64,000 nt of DNA from Alphaproteobacteria bacterium (GTDB lineage Bacteria > Pseudomonadota > Alphaproteobacteria > UBA8317): contig JAYPQH010000032.1 in assembly GCA_038131935.1 (NCBI GenBank), positions 128,001 to 192,000 on the forward strand. Direction: 5' to 3'. The notes below the pieces were generated by a model. The model had not been told where the DNA came from. It saw only the letters and a list, made by a program, of their open reading frames with translations, and searched no databases. Made by a program: the position numbers and the translations under genes. Positions 32,248 to 41,995 of the stretch are shown one piece after another. The number at the start of each line of letters is the position of its first letter. The first letter of the stretch is position 1.

Positions 32248-33187
32248 CAAATCCATGGAAGCCGCCGAAAACGCTTTGGGCAACGTGATCATAAGTGATA
32301 ATCACGCCATTGAGACTTTACATCGTCATTATAGAACAGCGTATCGGGTCGAAAATATTTTGGTCCATGACCAAACTGACGAACAAGAGCTGTTTCTCTT
32401 CGAAAACGAGTTTTTCGGTAGAATGCTCATGCTTGACGGCGTCACACAACTTACCACAAGGGATGAACCTTTTTATCATGAATTGATCACCCATATCCCG
32501 TTGTTTTGTCATCCCTCGCCTCAACGCATGTTGGTCATTGGGGCTGGCGATGGTGGTGTGTTGCGAGAAGCAGTTAGACACAACACCCTTCAACATATCG
32601 ACTTGGTAGAAATTGACGAAACTGTGGTTAGGTTTTCTCAGCAGTACCTACCTTCTGTGTCCGCAGGTGCGTTCGATGACCCCCGTGTCCATGTCACCAT
32701 TGCTGATGCTGCCGAATTTGTAGCCAAGCATAGCGGTGATCCATATGATGCTGTCGTTGTAGATTCGACAGATCCTTTTGGCCCTGCCGCACCTTTGTTT
32801 GAAATTCCTTTCTATAAAAATTTGGCCAAAATTATGTCACAAGATGCTGTGGTGATGACACAATGTGGCAACCCATTTGTACAACCAGAAGAGTTGAAAC
32901 TAGCCGGAGGAAGACTTGCAGACTGCTTTGCAACCATGACCCCAGTTATGATTACCGTTCCTACCTATACTGGTGGACAAATGGCATTAGGATTTGGCTG
33001 TAAAGATAAAGAATTTTTGCTGCCATCACGTGAGAGTATTAAACAGAAATTACATCAATTACGTGATGTTAAACAGCTCAAAGTTCTTAACGAAGATGTC
33101 TTTTTTGCAAGCTTTGCGTTGCCAAATTTTGTACAATCTCACGGCTTCACCTCTTTGTTAGACAGAGGATCAAGCGCATCATTGTGA
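32240..33187 (+). CDS. speE: Spermidine synthase / polyamine aminopropyltransferase
   Basis: LMLDG, YHE, IGAGDGG, EID, VDSTDP, VPTY. Confidence 0.94.
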   Translation: MADKSMEAAENALGNVIISDNHAIETLHRHYRTAYRVENILVHDQTDEQELFLFENEFFGRMLMLDGVTQLTTRDEPFYHELITHIPLFCHPSPQRMLVIGAGDGGVLREAVRHNTLQHIDLVEIDETVVRFSQQYLPSVSAGAFDDPRVHVTIADAAEFVAKHSGDPYDAVVVDSTDPFGPAAPLFEIPFYKNLAKIMSQDAVVMTQCGNPFVQPEELKLAGGRLADCFATMTPVMITVPTYTGGQMALGFGCKDKEFLLPSRESIKQKLHQLRDVKQLKVLNEDVFFASFALPNFVQSHGFTSLLDRGSSASL

Positions 33188-33196
33188 TCCGCTTGA

Positions 33197-33548
33197 TCAA
33201 ATGCCACCACGAACCATGTCATGCATAAAGTTGATGGCGTCCGAGAGGTCTTGCCCCTCTAAACCAACAACCCACGCATCTGAGTCAAAACTTATATAAC
33301 GCTCAATCCAGCCATCATAAAACAGTCCTACATCTTTTTCGTCACAACGAACGGGCAACCATGATACTTTATGGGTGTGAAGATCTCTCTGAGGTTGCAA
33401 AATATATCGCCCCTGTTGGTCCTGAACATCCAAAAGCAAAAATACCACCTATAGGATCCCCACGATGAACCACAAAGGCAAAACAAGCTTGATCATTCAC
33501 CATTTTACATAGACGAGATACAACAAGATCTGTGCGAACCAAAAACAT
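33197..33548 (-). CDS. DUF1491 family protein (frameshift near 33440)
   Basis: RTDLVVS...FVVHRGDPIGGI and ERYISFDSDAWVVGLE. Confidence 0.75.
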
Positions 33549-33590
33549 GACAATACTTATCGATAACAATGGAAAACAAGTTTTGAGAGA

Positions 33591-34628
33591 TTAATCATGC
33601 AACACAATTGGCTTTCCTGTCTTTGACAAGGCTAAACCAATTTGTCTCGTGGATGGAAATTGGTAGAGAACAATCATAATAATCACGGTAAGTGGGACAG
33701 ATAACAACATACCTGTAATTCCCCAAACAGCTGCCCAACCAAATAATGAGAGAATCACAACAAATTGTGAGATATCGAGCTGGCTGCCCATCAACTTAGG
33801 TAAAAGAATATTTCCAATCAGAAATTGCATGACAAATAAAGTGACCCCTAATGCAACAACTGAATCTGGGTTAGAAAATGTTGCCAACGCAAATACTGTA
33901 GGAAAACCAACCCCTAAGATGGTTCCCACTGTAGGAATATAATTAAGAATAAAGGCCAAAAATGCCCAAAAAATTGCAGCTGGAACATCAAACCATAGAC
34001 AGATGCAATAGGTAGCAAAACCAGTAAGCAATGACATAAGTGTCATAAGATACATATATGTACGAACATCATCCGAAATTCTTTTAAGCACCGCTTCGAC
34101 ATGGGTACGTCGCGTTTCATTTGGAATGATGGCTTTCAATTTTCGTGAAAAGAAAGGTTGGTCCGCAAAAAGAAAAAGAACATAAATAATGATTGTGCTC
34201 CCGTCACTCGCAATCAGCTGAACAGAGTCAATAATTTTTTTCAAAATTTCACTTAATGACGCTTCTATACGCTCAGGAACTGAAAATTTTGTCGATATAT
34301 CAAACGTCATGAGTAGTTCATTGATAAACGTTTCGATCTTAAGGGTTGCACGCGCAAGATCGGTACTCAATTGCGCAAATGTCGAGAATATGGCGGATCC
34401 CGCCAGCCCTACCATCAACATGATCAGGAGACTTGCAACAAAAACAGGTAACCATGAAATACGACCTATAAAAGGCAGGTGCCGCACCAATGCGTCTGCA
34501 AAGGCGTTAATCATAAACCAGACCAAAAATGCTATGGCAATTGGTATCAAAAAATCTGCTGCTTGTGATAAAAAAACCAAAAGAAGCATGGCTGTGCCAA
34601 CAAAATAAAATGGTGAAGCCATTGTCAT
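33591..34628 (-). CDS. AI-2E family transporter
   Basis: LNYIPTVG, PKLMG, WGITGMLLSVP. Confidence 0.9.
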   Translation of the reverse strand: MTMASPFYFVGTAMLLLVFLSQAADFLIPIAIAFLVWFMINAFADALVRHLPFIGRISWLPVFVASLLIMLMVGLAGSAIFSTFAQLSTDLARATLKIETFINELLMTFDISTKFSVPERIEASLSEILKKIIDSVQLIASDGSTIIIYVLFLFADQPFFSRKLKAIIPNETRRTHVEAVLKRISDDVRTYMYLMTLMSLLTGFATYCICLWFDVPAAIFWAFLAFILNYIPTVGTILGVGFPTVFALATFSNPDSVVALGVTLFVMQFLIGNILLPKLMGSQLDISQFVVILSLFGWAAVWGITGMLLSVPLTVIIMIVLYQFPSTRQIGLALSKTGKPIVLHD

Positions 34629-34717
34629 CAGTAAAAAACCTACAGATCAATTGAATGATAATTAAAGTCATGCCATGGAATAGCTTCGTAAGGAAGTACG
34701 CATGATGAGGTTTTAAA

Positions 34718-35206
34718 ATGTCTGACAATTCTGTTCGCCTACGTAATATCCTTCAAACGCGGTTAGAACTCATGCCAGAAGTCGCAATGTTCAAATGGAA
34801 TCAAAAAATACCCGTGTTAGATGACGTACGCGAACAGCAGTTGCGTGACAAACTGGTGCGTGATGCCATGAAACTAGGTATCCAACAAAAAACAGCCATC
34901 ATCTTACTTCAAGGCCAAATGGACGCGGCAAAACATTGGCAAATGAACCTGATCCAAGAATGGGAAGAAAAGAATATTCATACATTCAAAGACATACGTG
35001 ATCTCACGCAAGAAATCCGGCTGGATGTTTCTCGGATATCACAGGAGTTATTAGAGCTCATTGCTGGCATGTTAAAAGAAGCTGAAACACCAGATTTTAT
35101 CAAACTCGAAACTGCACCTCAAACCATACCAAAGGCCGTATGGAATCATGCAATTATGAGTATAAGAGATGTGTTTGAGGGTGAAGCAACAGGAGCTTCG
35201 CTATAA
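34718..35206 (+). CDS. Chorismate mutase, AroQ gamma-like
   Basis: RLELMPEVAMFKW, DDVREQQL, QMDAAK..Q, DLTQEIR. Confidence 0.75.
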   Translation: MSDNSVRLRNILQTRLELMPEVAMFKWNQKIPVLDDVREQQLRDKLVRDAMKLGIQQKTAIILLQGQMDAAKHWQMNLIQEWEEKNIHTFKDIRDLTQEIRLDVSRISQELLELIAGMLKEAETPDFIKLETAPQTIPKAVWNHAIMSIRDVFEGEATGASL

Positions 35207-35283
35207 AGCCCCCATCTCTTTGGTTTCCTCACAAATCTCTGCATACTTCACCAGCAAGAGCAATAACTAGGGACGCGATCTGA

Positions 35284-36606
35284 TTAATCCACTTCGCTGA
35301 ATACATCTCTCAGCGTTTGTGTTGTGAATAGCATCTCTTCCTCACCAAACATCAAAGGCGGGGACATAGCAATACTATCTCCCATAAATCTGACCATTAA
35401 CCCTTTTGCAAAGCAGCGCTTCATAATTTCCATGCCGCGTGCCCCAACTTTTCCATCACGGGTTTCAACTTCAACGGCAGCGGTCAAGCCCCAGGTGCGA
35501 ATATCAATAACATTCTTGGCATCCCTTAATCCATGTATATGTTTTGCCCAAACAGGCTCCATGGCTGCAGCATGCTCAAACATTCTTTCATCACGATACA
35601 CAGAAATCGTAGCCAAGGCTGCTGCGCAGGCCACAGGATGGCCTGAGTATGTGTATCCATGAAACAACTCAACAGGTGCATCAGCATTTTCCATCATTGT
35701 GTCGTAGATATGTTTACGTGTCATCACCGCTCCCATGGGGATAACAGCGTTGGTTAAACCCTTTGCGGTGCACATGATGTCTGGAATTACCCCCAAGCGC
35801 TCTGCTGCTGAGGATGCACCCAGACGCCCGTAACCTGTAATGACTTCGTCAAAAATAAGCACAATCCCATGTTGATCACAAATTTCTCTTAAGCGCTCAA
35901 GATACCCCACTGGTGGGACCAATACACCTGTTGACCCCGCCATAGGCTCGACAATAACAGCGGCAATTGTTGACGCATCATGAAGCGCAATAATCCGCTC
36001 AAGGTCATCAGCTCTGTCAGCCCCTGTTTGTGGCTGGCCCACAACGAACCTCTCATTATCTGGTTGATATGTGTCTCGCAAATGATCAACACCTGTAAGG
36101 AGACTTCCGAAATACATACGGTTCTTCACCATACCTCCAACGGATGTTCCACCAAAACCAGTTCCGTGATAACCACGCTCTCTGCCAATCAAACGGGTGC
36201 GACTCCCTTGGCCACGAGCTCTTTGATAGGCCAATGCAATCTTAAGTGCTGTATCAACAGATTCTGAGCCAGAGTTGGTATAGAAGGCATGATCCAAATC
36301 ACCAGGAAATAAATCCCGCAGAACATTTGCCAGTTCGAAAGCCAAAGGATGCCCAAATTGAAAATTAGGACAATAATCAAGTTCCCCAACTTGCTGGCGC
36401 ACGGCCTCTATAATACGAGGATGATTATGACCTGCATTCACACACCATAGACCAGCGGTAGCGTCTAGCACCTTTCCGCCCTCAGAATTGGTATAGTAAA
36501 GACGGTCCGCCGATACCAACATACGTGGGTTATCGTTAAAATCCCTGTTGGCGGTAAAAGGCATCCAAAATGCCTCAAGATCATTTCTATTGTATGCATT
36601 ATCCAT
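35284..36606 (-). CDS. Class III aminotransferase (omega-amino acid/beta-alanine:pyruvate type)
   Basis: FWMPFTANR, GLWCVNAGH, FDEVITGYGR, AKGLTN, HGYTYSGHP. Confidence 0.92.
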   Translation of the reverse strand: MDNAYNRNDLEAFWMPFTANRDFNDNPRMLVSADRLYYTNSEGGKVLDATAGLWCVNAGHNHPRIIEAVRQQVGELDYCPNFQFGHPLAFELANVLRDLFPGDLDHAFYTNSGSESVDTALKIALAYQRARGQGSRTRLIGRERGYHGTGFGGTSVGGMVKNRMYFGSLLTGVDHLRDTYQPDNERFVVGQPQTGADRADDLERIIALHDASTIAAVIVEPMAGSTGVLVPPVGYLERLREICDQHGIVLIFDEVITGYGRLGASSAAERLGVIPDIMCTAKGLTNAVIPMGAVMTRKHIYDTMMENADAPVELFHGYTYSGHPVACAAALATISVYRDERMFEHAAAMEPVWAKHIHGLRDAKNVIDIRTWGLTAAVEVETRDGKVGARGMEIMKRCFAKGLMVRFMGDSIAMSPPLMFGEEEMLFTTQTLRDVFSEVD

Positions 36607-37399
36607 GTTTTTTTCTCCACTGTGGGGTACGTTTTTCTAGGAATGCCGAAATGCCCTCATGGGCATCTGGCAAAGCCATATTTTTAGCCATTACCTTGCT
36701 CGTAAAAGCATAAGCCTCGTCAAGCTCAAGTTCTGCTTGATGATAAAATGCTTCTTTGCCAATAGCGAGTGTTCGATGCGAAAAAGACGCAATGTTTTCA
36801 GCAACTTCATAGCCTGTGCGCATAAGATCTTCAGGTGAAACAACATCATTGATCAAACCACAGCGCTGTGCCCTCTCAGCACTCAGGGTCTTTCCTGTCA
36901 GCAACATTTCCATAGCCGTGTTACGACCCACCTTGCGGGATAGGGCCACCATGGGTGTTGAGCAAAACAAACCAATTTTTACACCAGGGGTTCCAAACTC
37001 AGATAATGGTGTTGCGTAGGCCAAATCCGCTGACGCCACCAACTGGCAACCAGCTGCTGTAGCCATGCCATCCACCAAGGCGATTACCGGTTTTGGTAGT
37101 TTAACAATGCGCGTCATGACTATTGAGCATAACGAAAACAAATCTTGTATAAACTGTTCATCTTGTCGATGCGCTTGCAATTCTTTGAGGTCATGCCCTG
37201 CACAAAATGCTGGCCCTTCTGCTGAAAGAAGCACTGCACCTATTGTTTCATTATCCGCAATTTCATCCAGTTTCTCCAACAGAAGCGCTAACACCCTCAT
37301 GGACAAAGGATTCCGCTTAGCACCATTGTTTAAGCGCAAATGAGCAATACCACTGTCGGATATCTCAAGCTCTACCAATTGTGCAGATAAATTCGTCAT
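36599..37399 (-). CDS. Enoyl-CoA hydratase family protein
   Basis: FCAGHDLKE, ATAAGCQLVA, PGVKIGLFCSTP. Confidence 0.92.
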   Translation of the reverse strand: MTNLSAQLVELEISDSGIAHLRLNNGAKRNPLSMRVLALLLEKLDEIADNETIGAVLLSAEGPAFCAGHDLKELQAHRQDEQFIQDLFSLCSIVMTRIVKLPKPVIALVDGMATAAGCQLVASADLAYATPLSEFGTPGVKIGLFCSTPMVALSRKVGRNTAMEMLLTGKTLSAERAQRCGLINDVVSPEDLMRTGYEVAENIASFSHRTLAIGKEAFYHQAELELDEAYAFTSKVMAKNMALPDAHEGISAFLEKRTPQWRKKHG

Positions 37400-37463
37400 A
37401 ATAGACTCCTATAAGGCCACCTCCTCAGTTTATGTCTTCAACCAAAAAGGTAAAGGGATTGTT

Positions 37464-38174
37464 TTGAAAATAAGCAAAAAAGGTTGTGTTATTTTAGCCA
37501 TTGTCATGGTGACAGCCTTGCCATGGTTCATTTGCGCGTTCTCAATTGCTGGGCTGAGATTTTGGAACCCTGAGAAGACAATTTTACTTGCGACAGAACG
37601 AGAACATGCCGGTACAAAAGTTCATGAATGGGTTTCGATACAGAATGTATCTCCTAATGTGGTACAAGCTTTAATAGCCGCAGAAGACAATCGTTTTTGC
37701 GAGCATAGCGGTTTTGATTTTGCCCAAATTGCAGCAGCCTTTAATGATTGGTGGAATGGTGAAGAGCTTCGTGGTGCAAGCAGCATAAGTTCACAAGTGA
37801 TTAAAAATCTTTTTTTTCTTCCTGAGAGATCTTGGAACAGAAAATTTGTTGAATTTGTATTAACCCCGGTTCTTGAACTCACACAACGAAAAAGCAGGAT
37901 CATGGAAATTTATCTCAACATCATCCCGTTTGGTCCAGGCATTATCGGTATAGAAATGGCTGCTCAACAAATTTTTCATAAAACAGCATTTGAACTTACC
38001 ATGATGGAGTCGGCCGCGTTGGCAGCCGTACTCCCTAGCCCCTCCAAATTACCGCTTGATATTGCTTCACAGCGTGCAAAACAAATTCGCCGTGAGATGA
38101 ACAATATTGGGGCCATTGGCGCATGTGCTGGGGGATGGCACCATGTCAAAGATCTTCAAGCAACCGCACACTAA
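37464..38174 (+). CDS. mtgA: Monofunctional peptidoglycan transglycosylase
   Basis: AAEDNRF.EHSGFD, RGASSISSQVIKNLF, RKFVE, RIMEIYLN. Confidence 0.88.
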   Translation: MKISKKGCVILAIVMVTALPWFICAFSIAGLRFWNPEKTILLATEREHAGTKVHEWVSIQNVSPNVVQALIAAEDNRFCEHSGFDFAQIAAAFNDWWNGEELRGASSISSQVIKNLFFLPERSWNRKFVEFVLTPVLELTQRKSRIMEIYLNIIPFGPGIIGIEMAAQQIFHKTAFELTMMESAALAAVLPSPSKLPLDIASQRAKQIRREMNNIGAIGACAGGWHHVKDLQATAH

Positions 38175-39294
38175 GAGGGGGGAAACCATTAAACCCAACT
38201 GACGAATATGTGCTCGTGTAAGCCCCTGTTGCATAAATCCATAATTTATGACCCGCCGCCAAATTATCCGGTAAAGGCACGAGATTCTTTTCATACATCG
38301 TATCAACAGAGTCACAAGTAGGACCTGCGAGAATTACAGGCGACATCTCCCCCGTTACATCCACAGAAACAATTGGATAGCGAATGGCTTCATCTTCTGT
38401 TTCTGCCAGACCATGAAACTTTCCAACGTCTAGATAAACCCAGCGATGCGAGTCTACTTCACTTTTACGGGCAACCAAAACAACTTCACTGACAATAATA
38501 CCTGCGTCTCCCACCAACGCACGCCCGGGCTCGACGATCAAATTCATGCTACGCTTAGGAAAGCTATTTTCCATGAATTGCAACAAAGAATCCGCATATT
38601 TATCAACAGTGGGGCTTAAATCATCACCGAAATCTGTTGGAAAACCACCCCCTAAATTCAGAAGGTCCATGTGTATTCCATGTTTTTCTACTTCTGCAAA
38701 TATCCATGCAGCCTGCCAAATAGCTGTTTGCCACGGTGCCATATCAGTTTGCTGTGACCCCACATGAAAAGAGACACCCCTTGGCAGAAGCCCCAATTCA
38801 GCTGCAAGCAGTAAAAGGCTAATAGCCATATGGTCATCACATCCGAATTTTCTTGATAATGGCCAAGCCGCACCGGCACCATCCAAATTTGTCAAAATGC
38901 GACAAAATACTGATGATCCAGGGGCATGAACAGAGAGTTTCTGCAACTCCTCTTCTGCATCAAACGCAAATAACCTGACCCCACGTTCAAATGCATGGGC
39001 AATATCCGATGCTTTTTTAATTGTGCTACCAAAAGATATCCTGTCAGGTGCTGCCCCTGCTTTTAAGACCATATCAATTTCAGCAAGGGATGCGCAGTCA
39101 AAATTACAGCCCTCCTGTGCAAGAACATTCAAAATTTCTTCATGAGGGTTTGCTTTTACGGCATAATAAACAGCCATACCATCCATTTCCTCTGAAAATG
39201 TTCGGTAGTTATCTCGAACACGCTCCAGGTCAATAATCAAGCATGGTGTAGGCACGTTTTTATTCTTTAAAGCTTCTTCAATACGTTTCGTCAT
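38146..39294 (-). CDS. Fold-type III PLP ornithine/lysine decarboxylase
   Basis: YYAVKANP, FDCAS, LSRKFG, SFHVGSQ, EPGR, GPTCDS; AAGGGA SD before ATG 39294. Confidence 0.94.
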   Translation of the reverse strand: MTKRIEEALKNKNVPTPCLIIDLERVRDNYRTFSEEMDGMAVYYAVKANPHEEILNVLAQEGCNFDCASLAEIDMVLKAGAAPDRISFGSTIKKASDIAHAFERGVRLFAFDAEEELQKLSVHAPGSSVFCRILTNLDGAGAAWPLSRKFGCDDHMAISLLLLAAELGLLPRGVSFHVGSQQTDMAPWQTAIWQAAWIFAEVEKHGIHMDLLNLGGGFPTDFGDDLSPTVDKYADSLLQFMENSFPKRSMNLIVEPGRALVGDAGIIVSEVVLVARKSEVDSHRWVYLDVGKFHGLAETEDEAIRYPIVSVDVTGEMSPVILAGPTCDSVDTMYEKNLVPLPDNLAAGHKLWIYATGAYTSTYSSVGFNGFPPLSVRLLEDL

Positions 39295-39472
39295 GATATT
39301 TCCCTTCGATAAGGAAACATTGCCAGCGTGAAACGGAAACACCGCCCAACCTGATGCAATGATGTAGTTGCCTTCCAGAGCCAGACAAACTGGCAGTTCC
39401 AAAAAGCCCTCTACGTCGTTGCTTGCCGACTTCATCAAAAGTGAGGACGATGGGCACGCGCGTTCTGGGCAA
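39278..39472 (-). CDS. Putative leader peptide (uORF) of ornithine decarboxylase
   Basis: 64-codon TTG-start ORF containing VGKQRRRGLFG; overlaps the decarboxylase start by 17 nt; no SD visible. Confidence 0.4.
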   Translation of the reverse strand: MPRTRVPIVLTFDEVGKQRRRGLFGTASLSGSGRQLHHCIRLGGVSVSRWQCFLIEGKYHDETY

Positions 39473-39480
39473 GCAGCGTA
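39295..39480 (-). promoter_or_regulatory. speF-leader-like cis-regulatory region
   Basis: About 185 nt leader, more GC-rich than the adjacent AT-rich promoter region; position matches the alphaproteobacterial Rfam speF leader (recalled, not searched); hairpin 39299-39317 covers the SD. Confidence 0.6.
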
Positions 39481-39559
39481 CTAATGCATTTTTACAATAT
39501 TACAATGGAAATTATGTAACCAACCACCATATTACTAAGCAGGAAAAAGGAGTTTAAAA

Positions 39560-40099
39560 ATGAAACGATTGGTGATCGCGCTTCTTACCCTCATGCCATT
39601 TTTTTCAATAGCCCAACCCATTCAAAACACAACGGGAAAAGTTCTTTTTATTCGACACGCATTAGCGCCAGGGACTGGTGACCCAGCTAATTTTCGTATC
39701 GATAACTGTGCCACCCAAAGAAACCTCGACGATAGGGGCCGTGAGCAAGCTAGAGCTATTGGACGCCTCTTAAAAGAGCAAATCTTACAATTTCAAACAC
39801 CAATCTATTCCTCACAATGGTGTCGTTGTTTAGAAACCGCCAAATTAATGGATATGGGCGCTGTTGAGGCATTTCCCGGTTTGAATTCATTTTATACTCT
39901 ACCTGAATTCGAAGAAGAATATCTTAGAGAGTTAAAAAGGAAGCTGGCCCAACTTCCCTCTGATGGCGCTCTTGTGATTATGGTCACTCATCAAGTGACC
40001 ATCAGTGCCATCACCAACAAATATGTCAGATCAGGCGACGGTGTTTTGTACAATCCCAAAACACAAATTGCAGAGAGCTTTGCACTACCAAGCTATTAG
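39560..40099 (+). CDS. Exported histidine phosphatase family protein
   Basis: Signal peptide, IRHALAPG, QRNL, SSQWCRC.ETA, VTHQ. Confidence 0.88.
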   Translation: MKRLVIALLTLMPFFSIAQPIQNTTGKVLFIRHALAPGTGDPANFRIDNCATQRNLDDRGREQARAIGRLLKEQILQFQTPIYSSQWCRCLETAKLMDMGAVEAFPGLNSFYTLPEFEEEYLRELKRKLAQLPSDGALVIMVTHQVTISAITNKYVRSGDGVLYNPKTQIAESFALPSY

Positions 40100-40884
40100 C
40101 CTTGATTGAATATCGCTTTGCGTTTTTCTAAAAAAGCTAAAATACCCTCTTTACCATCTGGCGATCCCAACGCCTCAGCGACTTGGTGAGCTTCGTCATC
40201 AAGTTGCTCATCCAAGCTCGCTTGGCGCCCAGAGGAAATAAGCTTCTTTGTTTGCGCAATTGCTCCTCTTGGGCCTTCCGCCAATCTCTTTGCCATTTGC
40301 AAGGCTGTAGAAACAGCGTCACCCTTCGGGGTAATAGCATTAACAGCGCCAAGCTGGTAAAGACGAGACAATGGTATTTTATCACCTGTAAAAGCAAGTT
40401 CTGCCAAAAGCCAACGTGGGATAGCCTCATTCATAAAATGAGTTGTTCCGCCATCTGGGGTAATACCAATACGGACATAAGCCACAGAAAAATAAGCGTC
40501 CTCGGCTCCATAAACCAAGTCACAGCTCAATGCTAAAGCCGCACCAGCGCCTGCGGCTCCGCCTTCCACAGCAGCTATGACAGGACATGGGCATGCACGT
40601 ATCGCACGAACCATGGCATGCAAACGGTCTACATTTGAACGCCGTTTTTCATAATCACCTTCACTACGTTCTTTAAGGCCAGACAAATTCCCACCTGAAC
40701 AAAAGAACCCATCTGCACCAGACAAAACAACAGCGCCAGGAACATTTCCGTCCTGATAGCTTTCCAACAAATCACGAAAGCCCGTGATAAATTCATAGGA
40801 GAGAGAATTCCGTGTACCTGGATGATCATTGATCACATGGACTACACCGTCATGCTCTTCGACATGCATTTTTCCACTCATCAA
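40096..40884 (-). CDS. Enoyl-CoA hydratase/isomerase family protein
   Basis: FCSGGNL, AVEGGAAGAG, GITPDGG, AFLEKR. Confidence 0.9.
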   Translation of the reverse strand: MMSGKMHVEEHDGVVHVINDHPGTRNSLSYEFITGFRDLLESYQDGNVPGAVVLSGADGFFCSGGNLSGLKERSEGDYEKRRSNVDRLHAMVRAIRACPCPVIAAVEGGAAGAGAALALSCDLVYGAEDAYFSVAYVRIGITPDGGTTHFMNEAIPRWLLAELAFTGDKIPLSRLYQLGAVNAITPKGDAVSTALQMAKRLAEGPRGAIAQTKKLISSGRQASLDEQLDDEAHQVAEALGSPDGKEGILAFLEKRKAIFNQG

Positions 40885-41986
40885 GCGTCTCCTGAGAAGG
40901 CAATAAATCTATCCAAATGATGATCAGCATCACCAAGTTGATGATCAATCATCACAAGACGTTTGGCATAATGAGCGACGTCATATTCCCAACACATTGC
41001 TATTCCGCCATGCATTTGTATTGTTTCCTCAGAACATAATTTTGCTGTCCGACCAACCAAATACTTCGCAGCAGATATAAGCTTCTCGCGCTCAATCCTG
41101 TCCTGCTCTAAATGTGCGGATGCCAACATCATGGCAGAGCGCGATTGTTCACACTCAATCACCAACTCCACCATTCGGTGCTGCAATGCTTGAAAACTGC
41201 CTAAGTTTCGGCCAAATTGCTTTCGGGTTTTCAGGTATTCTAGCGTGCTATCTTTCGCAAATTCCATCGCGCCCATGGCTTCAGCGCAGAGACATAAAGT
41301 TGCCTTGGCCATGACTTCTTCGATGATACTGAAGGCGTTTTCCATCAAACAAATTGCAGGTGTGTTATGGAGCGTTACCTCTCCTGCACGTCCTGCATCT
41401 ATGGTGCCATAACCACGAATATCAAGCCCCTCAGCATCTGCTTTAACAAGATAAAGGCCTATGCCATGGCTATCGCTTGCATCTCCCTCATGACGTGCGG
41501 AAACAATCAAATAATCGGCAGCTGGGGCGTTCATCACAACAGCCTTCCGACCTGTTAGCTGGTGTGAAGATGAGACAGTGGTTTCAACTTGCGTCTGATC
41601 ATAGCGAGATGATGGTTCCGCATGTGCAAAAGCCAATTGCACTTCTCCAGAGATGACCTTCTCCAGAAGAGCTTCCTGTCCACCTACCAGATGCAAACAG
41701 CCTGCTCCCCAAACTGCGGTTGCCAGAAATGGCTGACAACAAGGCCTCGACCCAGTGACTCAAAAACAACGGTTAAGTCTTCACCTAGCCCTCCAAAGCC
41801 TCCAGCTTCTGGGGGCAAGAGTGCTCCAATCACACCCAAATCAGCAAATTCTGACCACAAGTCTTGATCAAAACCTTTATCTGTTTCAACCATTTGCAGA
41901 CGTTTTGTAACATTGTATCGATCAGATATGAATCGATCTATGGTTTCTTGAAGCATACGACGTTCTTCAGATAGCGCAAAATCCAT
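40881..41986 (-). CDS. Acyl-CoA dehydrogenase, PimD-like subunit (frameshift near 41735)
   Basis: MDFALSEERRML; RKQFG..LGSFQALQHR, IQMHGGIA; adding one G restores GRGLVVEPFL. Confidence 0.9.
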
Positions 41987-41995
41987 TTTGTAACC

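Noticed and set aside
31702-32292. 196-aa antisense ORF over speD
   Set aside because: No recognisable motif; shadow of a well-supported gene.
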